A stretch of DNA of 64,000 nucleotides from an uncultured Gemmatimonadales bacterium (GTDB taxonomy: Bacteria > Gemmatimonadota > Gemmatimonadetes > Longimicrobiales > RSA9), in the NCBI GenBank assembly GCA_963816355.1, contig CAWFKH010000004.1, positions 352,001 to 416,000 of the forward strand. The letters are read 5' to 3'. Each line of letters begins with the position of its first letter. Within the stretch, counting starts at the first letter, position 1. The position numbers and the translations under genes are program-made. The notes beneath the pieces were generated by a model. It did not search any database. It was not told the origin of the DNA and was given only the letters and a program-made list of their open reading frames with translations. Positions 7,063 to 16,672 of the stretch are shown here, piece by piece.

Positions 7063-9705
7063 TCAGTGTCGCGCGGCCGCGCCGTCGGCATCGAGGGCGC
7101 GGAAGCGCGCGGCGTCGGCAGGACGGCCGAGGCTGTCGTAGACGACGCTCAGATCCTTGCGCGCGGTGCTGAGCCAGCTCACGCCCGCGCTCGATTTGTC
7201 GTGGAAATCTGCGTAGCCGCGCCGGAGCGCCTGCTCGGCCTCGGCGAAGCGGCCCTCGTTCAGGAGCACGTGTCCGAGCTTCAGACGGACGATCGCGGTC
7301 TGATAGTTGTCGGGGGAGAGCGCCGCGCCGACGATCGCGAGCGCGCGCCGCATGTACGGCTCGGCACGCGTGAAATCGCCCGCCTTCATATAGACGCTGC
7401 CGAGGTTCGCCGTCGCGATGCCGTAGAGATAGTGCTTCTCGCCGTAGACGGCGCCGTAGATCCGCAGCATGCGACGGAAGTCGTCGACGGCGGCCGCGAA
7501 ATCGCGTCGATCAAGCGCGACGACGCCCAAATCGTTGAGCGTCGAGGCGACTGCGACGTGGTCCGGCCCGAGCACCGTTTCCTGGATGCGCAGCGCGCGG
7601 TTCAGCACGGCGACCGCCTCGCTGTCGCGCTCCTGGTATGCGAGCGCGCGCCCGAGCATCGTCAGGTTGGACGCGACCTCGCGGTGATCGGGGCCGTAGT
7701 ACGCTTCCACGATCGCGAGCGCCCGCCGGTAGAGTCGCTCCGCGTCCGCGTAGTGGCCCCGCTGGAACTGGATCGCGCCCAGGTTGATGAGGTCGTCGGC
7801 GACGTTCGGGTGGCGCGCACCGTAGATGCGCCGGTCGATCTCGAGCGCGCGCCGGTTGAGCGAGTCGGACGCGGCGTAGTTCCCCGCGTAGAATTCGGTG
7901 TTGGCGAGCGCGCCGACGGCGGTCGCCAGGTCCCGGCTGAGGGGACCGCGCGCGCTCTGGCCACGGATCACGTCGCGCAGCACGCGGCTGGAGCCGTCGT
8001 AGTCGCCGCGCGCCTGGAGCACGTTGCCGAGCGCCTCCTCGGCCTTCAGCAGGGCGGGGTCGTTCGGCGAAAGCGCACGACGGTCGATCGCGATCCCTTC
8101 GCGCACCAGCCGCTCCGCCTCCGGCAGCTCGCCCTGGTCGCGGCGCAGCCCGCCGAGGGCCACCAGACTGGCTGCGACGTCGCGGCCGTCCACGCCCTGC
8201 GCGGCCCGCCGCAGCCGCAGCGCCGCCTGCATCAGCGAGTCCGCGCGGTCGAACCTGCCCAGGTTCTGATAGAGGTTGCCCAGCGTCTGCAGCAGCTCCG
8301 CCTTCGCCACCGGCTGACCGTCCAGCACGCCGGCCTCGCGCACGCCACGGTCGAGGAGCGTGACGACGCGGAGCGTGTCGGCCGGACCGACGTCGCCATC
8401 CCCGCCCTCGAACAGGCTCCCCATGAACTGCTGGATCTGCTGTGCCCGCGCGGCCTCGGAGAGGGCGCGGTCGCGCGCCGTTGCGAGCCGGAAGCTGTAG
8501 AAGCCGACCAGCGCCACGACGCCGCCGGCGAGCGCGCCGGCGAGCGCGACGCGGCCTCGGTTGCGGCGCAGGAACTTCGCGATGCGGTAGCGACGGGTGT
8601 CCGGCCGCGCCTCGAGCGGCTCGCCGCGGAGGAAATGGTCGACGTCGCGGATCAGCGCTTCCACGGTGCGGTAGCGCCGGCGCGGGTCCTTCTGCATCGC
8701 CGTGAGGCAGAGCACGTCGAGGTCGGCCCACGCCGCACGCCGCATCGAGCGGGCGGCACGCCCCGCGACGGCGCGGCCGGCGGCGAGCGACGGCTTCTCC
8801 GGCTCCTGCTCGAGGATCACCGTCTCCACCTGGCCGGGGGTCAGGCGCCCGAGATCGAAGGGGAGCCGCTCCGCCAACAGCTCGTAGAGGATGACGCCCA
8901 GCGCGTAGACGTCCGTGTAGGTCCCGACGGGATCGCCGCGCACCTGCTCCGGCGCGGCGTAGGCGGGCGTCATCATGCGCAGCGCGGTACGCGTGGAAGC
9001 GCCGTCGGCTTCCGCGTCGTCGAGCTGCTTGGCGATGCCGAAGTCGAGCAGCTTCACGCCGCCCTCCGCCGTGACGAGCACGTTCGACGGCTTCAGATCG
9101 CGGTGCACCACCGCGTGGCGGTGCGCGAACTGGACCGCCTCGCAGACGGCGCGGAAGAGCCGCAGCCGCTCGCTCAGCGTCAGCGCATTGGCGCGGGAGT
9201 ACTCCGTCAGCGGCACCCCCTCGACGTACTCCATGACGAAGTAGGGCGTGCCGTCCGGGAGCGCGGCGGCGTCGTAGAGGCGCGCGATCGAAGGGTGGCT
9301 GAGGCGGGCGAGCGTGCGCTGCTCGAGCGCGAAGCGCTCTCGCCGCGCGGGGGAGAGCGACGCGTCGCGCAGCATCTTGATGGCGACGCGGTTGCCGAGG
9401 TCCTCGCGCACGGCCAGGTGCACTACGCCCATGCCGCCCTCGCCGAGCACCGCGCCGAGACGGTACGGGCCGATGCGGCGCGGCGGGGCGTCGGGGACGG
9501 CGAGCACGCTTCCCGCGATGCCTTCGATGCCATGATCGAGCAGCGGCGCCGTGCCCGCGTCGGCGGCGAGGAGGCTGAGCACCTCGTCGACGAGCCTGGC
9601 GTCGTCGCCGCACGCGAGGTCGAGAAACGCCCGACGGCGCGCCTCCGGCTCGCGAAGCGCGGCGTGGAAGAGCGTCTGGATACGGTCCCAGCGAGCGGCG
9701 TCCAA
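7063..9705 (-). CDS. Membrane Ser/Thr protein kinase with extracytoplasmic TPR repeats
   Basis: LGEGGMGVV, VAIK, HRDLKPSN, DFG, YAAPEQ and DVYALG motifs; TM helix; multiple TPRs. Confidence 0.96.
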   Translation of the reverse strand: MDAARWDRIQTLFHAALREPEARRRAFLDLACGDDARLVDEVLSLLAADAGTAPLLDHGIEGIAGSVLAVPDAPPRRIGPYRLGAVLGEGGMGVVHLAVREDLGNRVAIKMLRDASLSPARRERFALEQRTLARLSHPSIARLYDAAALPDGTPYFVMEYVEGVPLTEYSRANALTLSERLRLFRAVCEAVQFAHRHAVVHRDLKPSNVLVTAEGGVKLLDFGIAKQLDDAEADGASTRTALRMMTPAYAAPEQVRGDPVGTYTDVYALGVILYELLAERLPFDLGRLTPGQVETVILEQEPEKPSLAAGRAVAGRAARSMRRAAWADLDVLCLTAMQKDPRRRYRTVEALIRDVDHFLRGEPLEARPDTRRYRIAKFLRRNRGRVALAGALAGGVVALVGFYSFRLATARDRALSEAARAQQIQQFMGSLFEGGDGDVGPADTLRVVTLLDRGVREAGVLDGQPVAKAELLQTLGNLYQNLGRFDRADSLMQAALRLRRAAQGVDGRDVAASLVALGGLRRDQGELPEAERLVREGIAIDRRALSPNDPALLKAEEALGNVLQARGDYDGSSRVLRDVIRGQSARGPLSRDLATAVGALANTEFYAGNYAASDSLNRRALEIDRRIYGARHPNVADDLINLGAIQFQRGHYADAERLYRRALAIVEAYYGPDHREVASNLTMLGRALAYQERDSEAVAVLNRALRIQETVLGPDHVAVASTLNDLGVVALDRRDFAAAVDDFRRMLRIYGAVYGEKHYLYGIATANLGSVYMKAGDFTRAEPYMRRALAIVGAALSPDNYQTAIVRLKLGHVLLNEGRFAEAEQALRRGYADFHDKSSAGVSWLSTARKDLSVVYDSLGRPADAARFRALDADGAAARH

Positions 9706-9742
9706 GGCGGCTCCGGGATGGGGCGGGTTGGGTGGTGCCCGG

Positions 9743-10264
9743 TCAGGTGCTCCGGCGCAGCTCCCGCGAGAGCCACGCGCGCGCGGAGCGCCAGTCGCGG
9801 GCGATGGTCGCTTCGGACACGTCGAGCGCCTCGGCGGTCTCGGCGATGTCGAGGCCCCCGAAGAAACGGTATTCGACCATCTGCGCCTGGCGCGGATGCA
9901 TGCGGCTCAGGTCCGTCAGCGCGACGTCGAGCGCGAGCAGCTCCTGCGAGCACGGCACCGCGGCGTCGAGGGAATCGTCGAACGTGACGACGGCGTAGCC
10001 CGCCCCGCGCTTGAGCGCGTTTCGCCTGCGCGCGGCTTCCACGAGCACCTGCCGCATCGCGCGGGCCGCGATGCGCTTGAAGTGCAGACGCGACGCCGGC
10101 GTCGCCGGCAGCGAGCCGGCGAGCTTCACATACGCCTCGTGCACGAGGGCGGTGGGATTGAGCGTCTCGCTCGGGTCGTCCGTCCGCACCTTCGCGGCGA
10201 GGCGTCGCAGCTCCTCGTATGTCGCGCTGAAGAGGTCGTCCAGCTGGATTGACTCGTCGTCCAT
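9743..10264 (-). CDS. Kinase-associated ECF sigma factor (TIGR02999-like)
   Basis: YEELRRLA...TLNPTALVHEAYVKL...AARAMRQVLVEAARRRNALKRG...VEYRFFGGL...TIARDWRSARAWL. Confidence 0.93.
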   Translation of the reverse strand: MDDESIQLDDLFSATYEELRRLAAKVRTDDPSETLNPTALVHEAYVKLAGSLPATPASRLHFKRIAARAMRQVLVEAARRRNALKRGAGYAVVTFDDSLDAAVPCSQELLALDVALTDLSRMHPRQAQMVEYRFFGGLDIAETAEALDVSEATIARDWRSARAWLSRELRRST

Positions 10265-10463
10265 GGCCCGCGAACGGTTGGCTTTGCTCCCGCCCCCAGA
10301 ATACCTCCCGCGCGACGTCCGCGCCACGGACGGATGACGGTTTTCTCGGCGACATCGCGCAAAGCAGGTGTCCCCCGTCGACCGCGGAGCGCCAGGCGCC
10401 CCGCGTGGCCTCGCGGCCGCGGGATCCCCGGACAATCGCTCTCCCAAACGGATGGAGGTTCTG

Positions 10464-10997
10464 ATGCGCAGGAGCACGATCCTGGGTGCCCTCGCCACGC
10501 TGCTGGCGGTGGTCCTGCTGCCCACCGGCGCGGCGGCACAGTACGGCGCCAACCAGAAGTACTTCGGCGCCCACGTCGGCGTGAGCGGCGTCGGCTCCGC
10601 CGCCGCCGTCGGTGTCAACGGCGAGGTGGCCTACAACGAGCACATCGGCATCGGCGGCTGGGCCGACACGTGGAGCTACGGCCAGACCTTCAACTCGACG
10701 TTCGGCAATTCGAGCTACAACGTCCGCTACGTCGCGCTCGCCGGCACCGGCGCCTACCACTTCGCCGTCAAGTCGGCGCCGAAATTCGACCCGTTCGTCG
10801 GCGTCGCGCTGGGATACTACATCGTGAGCAGCAAGGCCGAGAGCTCCTTCGGCGGCACGGCGAGCGCGGACGCGAGCCGCATCTTCCTCGGCGGCTACGG
10901 CGGCGCGCGCTACTTCTTCAAGAACAACCTCTCCGGCGTCGCGCGCCTCGGCGTCGGCGCGTCCTACCTGAGCCTCGGGGTCGATTTCAGGATGTGA
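10464..10997 (+). CDS. Small outer-membrane beta-barrel protein
   Basis: GGAGG RBS, signal peptide AAA-Q, alternating aromatic beta strands, C-terminal LGVDFRM. Confidence 0.82.
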   Translation: MRRSTILGALATLLAVVLLPTGAAAQYGANQKYFGAHVGVSGVGSAAAVGVNGEVAYNEHIGIGGWADTWSYGQTFNSTFGNSSYNVRYVALAGTGAYHFAVKSAPKFDPFVGVALGYYIVSSKAESSFGGTASADASRIFLGGYGGARYFFKNNLSGVARLGVGASYLSLGVDFRM

Positions 10998-11007
10998 GGC
11001 CGCGGCG

Positions 11008-11043
11008 GCGACCGAGGCCCGCCGGGCGGCGGGCCTCGGTCGC
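11008..11043 (+). terminator. Perfect 16-bp GC hairpin after the beta-barrel gene (terminator or mRNA stabiliser)
   Basis: GCGACCGAGGCCCGCC-GGGC-GGCGGGCCTCGGTCGC; no U-tract. Confidence 0.6.
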
Positions 11044-11151
11044 GGAGCCGTGCCCCTCGCCCCGGCCGCGCCCCGCCCGGCGCGGCGGCACGGTCCTGGC
11101 AAAGACGTCGCTCGCGGTGGACTCCCGAAACCCTGGACGCGAGATGGACGC

Positions 11152-11523
11152 ATGGAGCCGGTACCCTACGAGTTCCGCGAAGAGGATGTCGACGAGGTGT
11201 TGAACGCCTACGAGCCGACCGGCGGCGGCGAGTGGCCGGAGGAGCGGCGCAGAGAAGCGCGCGCGCACGTCATGCGCAACGTGACCGACCTCGACGAGAT
11301 CGTTCGCTCCGCGGCGGAGGACGAGAGCGCGCGCGACGAGGGGATCCCGGACCGCGCCGGCCCCATCTCCGACCACCCGGGCGACCGCTCACCCGCGCGC
11401 CGCGAGATGGCGCTCGCGGCGATCGAGGACATCCTCATCCGCGACGGCTTCATCGACCTCGACGAGGACGAGAGCCGCGTCTTCCCCGCCCTCACCGAAC
11501 CGGACACCGAGCACCAGGACTGA
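11152..11523 (+). CDS. Acidic hypothetical protein
   Basis: Non-shadow composition ([20 protein letters not shown]...[15 protein letters not shown]) and GC3-rich codons. Confidence 0.7.
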   Translation: MEPVPYEFREEDVDEVLNAYEPTGGGEWPEERRREARAHVMRNVTDLDEIVRSAAEDESARDEGIPDRAGPISDHPGDRSPARREMALAAIEDILIRDGFIDLDEDESRVFPALTEPDTEHQD

Positions 11524-11561
11524 TGGGTCAAGGCCGCCGTGCGCGGTGCTCGGGCGGTCGG

Positions 11562-12998
11562 CTAGTGCCCCTTGGTCCGGATCTGGATCACGCCGTTCGC
11601 CGCGGTCGCGTCGGAGTACAGCTTCGCCGCCGCCGGGCCCTTGATCACATCGATGGACGCGATGCGGTCGGGATCGAGCGACCTCAGCGCGTCGGAGCCC
11701 TTCGCGCGGACACCGTCGATGAAGATCAGCGGCTCCCCGGCCATCGCGCGCGTGACGGCCGCGCGCTCATCCTGCGCCGCGTCCTCCGGCACCGCGTCCT
11801 CCGGCGCCGCGTCCTCCTTGGTGGCGATCCAGATCGCCGACCCGCCGGCCGCCTTCGTGATGCGGATGCGGCTGATACGATCCGCCCCGACCGCCTTCGC
11901 CTCCCGCTCGCTCACGGAAACGCGGTCGAGGTAGTAGCGCGTGTCTCCCCCGGCCGGGGCGAACTCGGCCCTTCGGACCGTGCTCTCGGCCGTCGTCGCG
12001 TCCATGTTCTCCACCTCGGCCGCGGTCGGCAGGCCCGCGTCGCACGCGGCGACCACCGCCAGCAGCGCCAGACCCCCGAGCGTCGCGGCGAACGTCGCGC
12101 CGGTGCGCGTGAATGTCGGTTTCATCGCCCGTATCCTCCGTTCGAGTTGTGAAGTGCCCGTGAGGAGCGCGGCCGCGCTCAAGCCGAGGCCCGAGCGACG
12201 ACCGGCGAAGTCGATCAGGAGCGAGCCATACGAGGCGGCACCCACGCCGCGCCCCAGCACGCGCGCGTCGCAGTCGACCTCGACCGCCAGCCGCAGCCGC
12301 GACAGCATCCACCAGACCACCGGATTCCACGCAAGTGCGACCGCGAGGAACCACCCCAGCGTGATGAGCAGCGGGTCCCGCGCCCGCACGTGCTCCACTT
12401 CGTGCGCGAGCGCCACCGAACGCCGCTCCCGCTCCAGCAGCAACACCCATTCGGGAATCACGATCTCCGCGCGCAGCCAGCCGATCGCCGCCGGTCCGGA
12501 CCGCGGCGAGACCCGCACGCGCACACCGTCCACGTCGCGCAGCGGCCAGCTCTCCCGCTCCCGCCCCAGCCGCCAGTGCGTCGCGAGCAGGAGCAGCAGC
12601 GCGAGCAGGCTCAACGCCAGCCAACCGGCCTCCAGCCAGCGATCCGCCCGCGCCGGGATCCGCCGCGCCGCCAGCACCAGGCCGCCGCGTGCCCCGGCCA
12701 CCGCGCCGCGCCACGCGCTCCGCACCGCCGCGACCGCCGCGCCGAGCGACGCCGCACGCGACGACGACGCCGCGCCGGCCGCCACGGATGCCTCCACCAC
12801 GAGCGTCCCGTCGAGCGCCGGCCGCGACGCCTGCCACCACGGCGCCGCCACCATCAGCGCCACCGCCGCCACCATCGCCACGCCCCACGCCCACCGCCCG
12901 GACCGCCCGAGCGACCGGCACACCGCCTCCGCCCCCACAGCGGCACCCCCCAGCAGCGCCGCCACCGCCACGCCCCACGCCATCCATACCGCCGTCAT
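11562..12998 (-). CDS. M56 (BlaR1-like) metallopeptidase/sensor with C-terminal TonB-receptor plug-like domain(s)
   Basis: LAHEVEHVRARD, WNPVVWW, EVDCDARV; C-terminal PLIFIDGV...LDPDRIASIDVIKG.AA..LY....ANGVIQIRTK (SusC/RagA plug signature). Confidence 0.9.
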   Translation of the reverse strand: MTAVWMAWGVAVAALLGGAAVGAEAVCRSLGRSGRWAWGVAMVAAVALMVAAPWWQASRPALDGTLVVEASVAAGAASSSRAASLGAAVAAVRSAWRGAVAGARGGLVLAARRIPARADRWLEAGWLALSLLALLLLLATHWRLGRERESWPLRDVDGVRVRVSPRSGPAAIGWLRAEIVIPEWVLLLERERRSVALAHEVEHVRARDPLLITLGWFLAVALAWNPVVWWMLSRLRLAVEVDCDARVLGRGVGAASYGSLLIDFAGRRSGLGLSAAALLTGTSQLERRIRAMKPTFTRTGATFAATLGGLALLAVVAACDAGLPTAAEVENMDATTAESTVRRAEFAPAGGDTRYYLDRVSVSEREAKAVGADRISRIRITKAAGGSAIWIATKEDAAPEDAVPEDAAQDERAAVTRAMAGEPLIFIDGVRAKGSDALRSLDPDRIASIDVIKGPAAAKLYSDATAANGVIQIRTKGH

Positions 12999-13366
12999 CG
13001 CTCCCCCAGCCGCTCGGCGAGCAGGCGACGCATCCGTTCCAGCTCCTCGCGCGACAGACCCCGGTCCGACACGAGCTGCGCGAACATCCGCTCCGCCGAA
13101 CCCTGGAAGATCGCTTCCCGGATCCGCGCCAGCGCGCTCCCCCCCGCCCGCTCCGCTCCCACCGCCGGCAGATAGCGGTACGCCCGCCCCTCCGCCTCGT
13201 GCCCCACGTAGCCCTTCTCCTCCAGCGTCTGCAGCGCCGACAGCACCGAAGTGTACGCCAGCTCGTCCGCCAGCTCCTCCCTCACTTCCGCCACCGTCGC
13301 CGATCCTCGCCGCCACAGGATGCTCATCACGTCGAGCTCGCGGGGCGTGAACTGGATCTCGGCCAT
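12995..13366 (-). CDS. BlaI/MecI/CopY family repressor
   Basis: RELDVMSILW..GSATVAEV...LAYTSVLSALQTLEEKGYV; GGAGG RBS. Confidence 0.95.
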   Translation of the reverse strand: MAEIQFTPRELDVMSILWRRGSATVAEVREELADELAYTSVLSALQTLEEKGYVGHEAEGRAYRYLPAVGAERAGGSALARIREAIFQGSAERMFAQLVSDRGLSREELERMRRLLAERLGER

Positions 13367-13378
13367 CGTCCCTCCAGT

Positions 13379-13436
13379 TACGGGTTCTTCCGTAGAATAG
13401 CGGCGCCGCCGGCCGCTGTCAACGGGGTTTGCCGTA
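13379..13436 (-). promoter_or_regulatory. Sigma70 promoter of the blaI-M56 operon with two operator palindromes
   Basis: On the minus strand, TTGACA-17 nt-TATTCT (13422 to 13394). TACGG-N6-CCGTA at 13379-13394 and a near copy at 13421-13436. Confidence 0.78.
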
Positions 13437-13571
13437 GACAGCCCACCCGCGTGCCGCACGCCCCGGCGCCCGGGTCGTCTTCCCTACGCGGGATCATCCG
13501 CTGCCCGACGGCGCGGGCGTCGGAGCCGCGTCATCCTTGGGGTGAACCTTCACGGCGGACCGGGAGGATTC

Positions 13572-14147
13572 ATGTCCAGGATTGCGGTGGTGTACGGAAG
13601 CAGGTACGGGCAGACGGCGAAGGTCGCGGCGCGGATCGCGGAGCGGATCGCGGCGCGAGGGCACGAAGTGGTGGTCGAGCGGGGCGACGCATTGCCGGCG
13701 GACTTCGACCTCGGGGCGTACGACGGCGTGGTGGTCGGGGCGTCGCTGATCATCGGCGGCTATCAACGCTACATCGGCCGGTTCGTCCGGCAGCGCCGGG
13801 AGCGGCTGAGGGGGATGCCGGCGGCGTTCTTCGCGCTGAGCGGGTCGGAGGGGAGCGAGCTGGAGGCGCATCGGGCGGAGGCGGGGCGCATCATGGAGCG
13901 TTTCCTGACGCGCGAGGGGTGGCGGCCGGCGCTCAGGGCGAGCTTCGCGGGCGCGGTCGCGTACACGCGCTACCATCCGTTGCTGCGGTGGTGGATGAAG
14001 CGGATCTCGAAGGCGGAGGGCGGCTCGACGGACACGACGCGGGACCACGAGTACACGAATTGGGACGACGTGGCGCGGTTCGCGGACGGATTCGCGGAGC
14101 TGGTGGAGAGGGCGGAGGCGGAAAGGGTGGCGCACGCTTCGCGTTGA
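13572..14147 (+). CDS. Flavodoxin-domain protein, HemG-like (menaquinone-dependent protoporphyrinogen oxidase family)
   Basis: VVYGSRYGQTAKVA...FAGAVAYTRY...MKRISK..GGSTDTTRDHEYTNWDDV. Confidence 0.85.
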   Translation: MSRIAVVYGSRYGQTAKVAARIAERIAARGHEVVVERGDALPADFDLGAYDGVVVGASLIIGGYQRYIGRFVRQRRERLRGMPAAFFALSGSEGSELEAHRAEAGRIMERFLTREGWRPALRASFAGAVAYTRYHPLLRWWMKRISKAEGGSTDTTRDHEYTNWDDVARFADGFAELVERAEAERVAHASR

Positions 14148-14213
14148 CAGGGGGCCCGGGGCGGGCGTATCTACGGGCATCGTCGCTATCCGCTCCCCCG
14201 CCCCCGATCGCCG

Positions 14214-15689
14214 ATGATCCGACTTCGCCGCGTGCGGCCGCGTCTCCACCGGAGTCTGTCGCAGCTGGTCCTCCTCGCGTGCGCGGGCGCCGCGGCGCCG
14301 CTCGCGGGTCAGAGGCCGGCGACGATCCCGCGGCCGCCGCTGTCGCAGGCGGTGCGAGCGTACGTGCGGGTGGACACGTCGGTGGTGGCGCTCACGCACG
14401 TGCGCGTGATCGACGGCACGGGCGCTCCGGCGCGTGCGGACCAGACGGTCGTGATCCGGGAGGGAGCGATCGCGGCGGTCGGGGACGCGGCGAGGGTCGC
14501 GATTCCTGCGGGCGCGCAGGTGCTCGACCTGTCGGGCCGCAGCGTGATTCCCGGGCTGGTGATGGTACACGAGCACCTGTACTACCCCACGGGGCCGGGC
14601 GTGTACGCCTATCTGGCCGAGAGCTTCACGCGCCTCTACCTGGCCGGTGGCGTGACGTCGCTGCGGACGGCGGGGAACATGAACGGCTACGGCGAGCTGG
14701 GCGTGGCCGCGGCGATCGCGAGGGGAGAGAAGCCGGGGCCGTGGATCGACGCGACGGCGCCGTACCTCGAGGGGCCGGGACTGCCGCTGCCGCAGGTGCA
14801 CGCGCTGAAGGACGCGGCGGACGCGCGGCGGATGGTCGAGTTCTGGGCGGACGCGGGGGCGACGTCGTTCAAGGCGTACATGCACATCACGCGCGCGGAG
14901 CTGGGCGCGGCCGTCGACGCCGCACACGCGCGCGGGATGAGGATCACCGGCCACCTCTGCTCGGTCACGTACCGGGAGGCGGCGGAGCTGGGCATCGACG
15001 ACCTCGAGCACGGCTTCCTCGTTTCCACCGACTTCGTGAAGGGGAAGGAGCCGGACGTCTGCCCGGGACAGAGGGAGGGGCAGGAGGCGCTGGCGGGGGT
15101 CGACACGAGCGACGCGGCGTTCCGCTCGCTCGTCGCGGAGCTGGTGCGGCGGCACGTGGCGGTGACCTCGACGCCGACGGTCTTCGAGACGTTCGTCCCG
15201 GGGCGGCCGCTGCCGCCCGGGCTGGACGTGCTCGATCCGATCCTGCGCGAGGACTTCGAGCGACGCCACGCAGCGCTGGCGAAGATGGGGCCGTCGCTCT
15301 ACACGACGCTCTTCCCGAGGAACGGCGCGATGGAGCTGGCGTTCGCGCACGCGGGCGGGCTGCTCCTGGTGGGGACGGACCCGACGGGCGCCGGCGGCGT
15401 GGTGCCCGGCTATTCGAATCAGCGGGCGCTGGAGCTGCTGGTCGAGGAGGGGTTCACGCCGCTCGAGGCGATCCGCATCGGCACGCTGAACGGCGCGACG
15501 TATCTCGGCCGCGCCGACCGCGTCGGGACGATCGCGCCGGGGAAGCAGGCGGACCTCGTCGTGATCGCCGGCGATCCGTCGGCGCGCATCGGCGACATCC
15601 GCAAGGTGGAGATGGTCTTCAGGCAGGGCGTCGGATACGACCCCCGGAAGCTGATCGACTCCGTGAAGGGCCGCGTCGGCCTCTTCTAG
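14214..15689 (+). CDS. Secreted metal-dependent amidohydrolase
   Basis: Signal peptide; PGLVMVHEH, FKAY, TGHL, LEHG, GTD and GKQADLVV motifs. Confidence 0.92.
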   Translation: MIRLRRVRPRLHRSLSQLVLLACAGAAAPLAGQRPATIPRPPLSQAVRAYVRVDTSVVALTHVRVIDGTGAPARADQTVVIREGAIAAVGDAARVAIPAGAQVLDLSGRSVIPGLVMVHEHLYYPTGPGVYAYLAESFTRLYLAGGVTSLRTAGNMNGYGELGVAAAIARGEKPGPWIDATAPYLEGPGLPLPQVHALKDAADARRMVEFWADAGATSFKAYMHITRAELGAAVDAAHARGMRITGHLCSVTYREAAELGIDDLEHGFLVSTDFVKGKEPDVCPGQREGQEALAGVDTSDAAFRSLVAELVRRHVAVTSTPTVFETFVPGRPLPPGLDVLDPILREDFERRHAALAKMGPSLYTTLFPRNGAMELAFAHAGGLLLVGTDPTGAGGVVPGYSNQRALELLVEEGFTPLEAIRIGTLNGATYLGRADRVGTIAPGKQADLVVIAGDPSARIGDIRKVEMVFRQGVGYDPRKLIDSVKGRVGLF

Positions 15690-15703
15690 CGGCGCGTCGA
15701 ACG

Positions 15704-16633
15704 GTGTCCGAGGAAGCGCTCGCCAACTATCTGCGCAGCCGCATCGTGGCGGGGCTGCACGTCGGCCACCTGCGTCCGGGCAGCCGCCTGCCCAGCCTGC
15801 GCGAAGTGGCGCGCGAGACCGGCGCGGACCATCGCGTGGCGGCCGCGGCGTACCGCAGACTGGAGGCGGAGGGCCTCGTCGACGTGCGGCCCCGCTCCGG
15901 CGTCTACCTCGCCGAGCAGGAAAAGCTGAACGAGAAGGTGATGGCGGAGAGCGCCCGCTGGCTGGCGGGCGTGTTCACGGACGCGTGGGTGCGCCGCATC
16001 GCGCTGCCGGAGTTCGTCGACTTCGTCCGCCTGTGCACGACGCGCGTCTATCTCGGCTGCGCCGTGGTCGAGTCGAACGAGGACCAGCGGACGGGGCTGG
16101 TGCGCGAGCTCGCCGTAGACTTCGGTCTGGACGCCTACGGCGTGGAGATCCCCGACCGACCCGAGGAGCCGCTTCCGCCCGAAACCGCCGAGGCGATCGA
16201 GGCGGCCGACCTGCTCGTCACCAGCTCCTTCCATGCTCAGCAGCTCGACGCGCTCCCCGGCAGGATGGACCGGCCGCTCGTCGTCGCGCACCTCAACCCC
16301 GGCTACGTCTCGGCGGTCGAGAGCGCGCTGGCCGACGGCGCCGCCACCTTCCTCGTCGCCGATCCGCGCTTCGCCGACCGCCTGCGCGTCCTCTTCCCGG
16401 ACGCCGGACGCCGCCTCCACGTCGTCTTCGCCGACGACGCGGAGGCGGTCGAGGCGCTCTCCGCCGACGAGCCCATCTTCCTGACCCGCGCGGCGCGCGA
16501 GCGCATAGGCGAGCGGCCGCTCCGCCTCGCGTTTCCCCACTCGCCCTCGATCTCGCCCGAGGCGGCGCGCGAGATCTGCGCCTGGATCATCCGCCTCAAC
16601 ACCACCCGCTCCGCCCGCAAGATGAGACGCTGA
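15704..16633 (+). CDS. GntR family transcriptional regulator
   Basis: LRPGSRLPSLREVA...VAAAYRRLEAEGLVDVRPRSGVYL; GTG start at 15704. Confidence 0.88.
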   Translation: MSEEALANYLRSRIVAGLHVGHLRPGSRLPSLREVARETGADHRVAAAAYRRLEAEGLVDVRPRSGVYLAEQEKLNEKVMAESARWLAGVFTDAWVRRIALPEFVDFVRLCTTRVYLGCAVVESNEDQRTGLVRELAVDFGLDAYGVEIPDRPEEPLPPETAEAIEAADLLVTSSFHAQQLDALPGRMDRPLVVAHLNPGYVSAVESALADGAATFLVADPRFADRLRVLFPDAGRRLHVVFADDAEAVEALSADEPIFLTRAARERIGERPLRLAFPHSPSISPEAAREICAWIIRLNTTRSARKMRR

Positions 16634-16672
16634 GCGCGGCCCCTCCGCGCGCGGGCGCCGGGCGCGCGAGCG

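Noticed and set aside
14144..14173. TTGACA promoter for the amidohydrolase at 14214
   Set aside because: The -35 is perfect but overlaps the upstream stop codon, and no good TAnnnT -10 lies at 16-18 bp.
12689..16633. 1314-aa ORF on the + strand
   Set aside because: Only the last ~309 aa (GntR) are protein-like. The rest is Arg/Gly/Pro-rich off-frame read-through across other genes, expected at this GC content.
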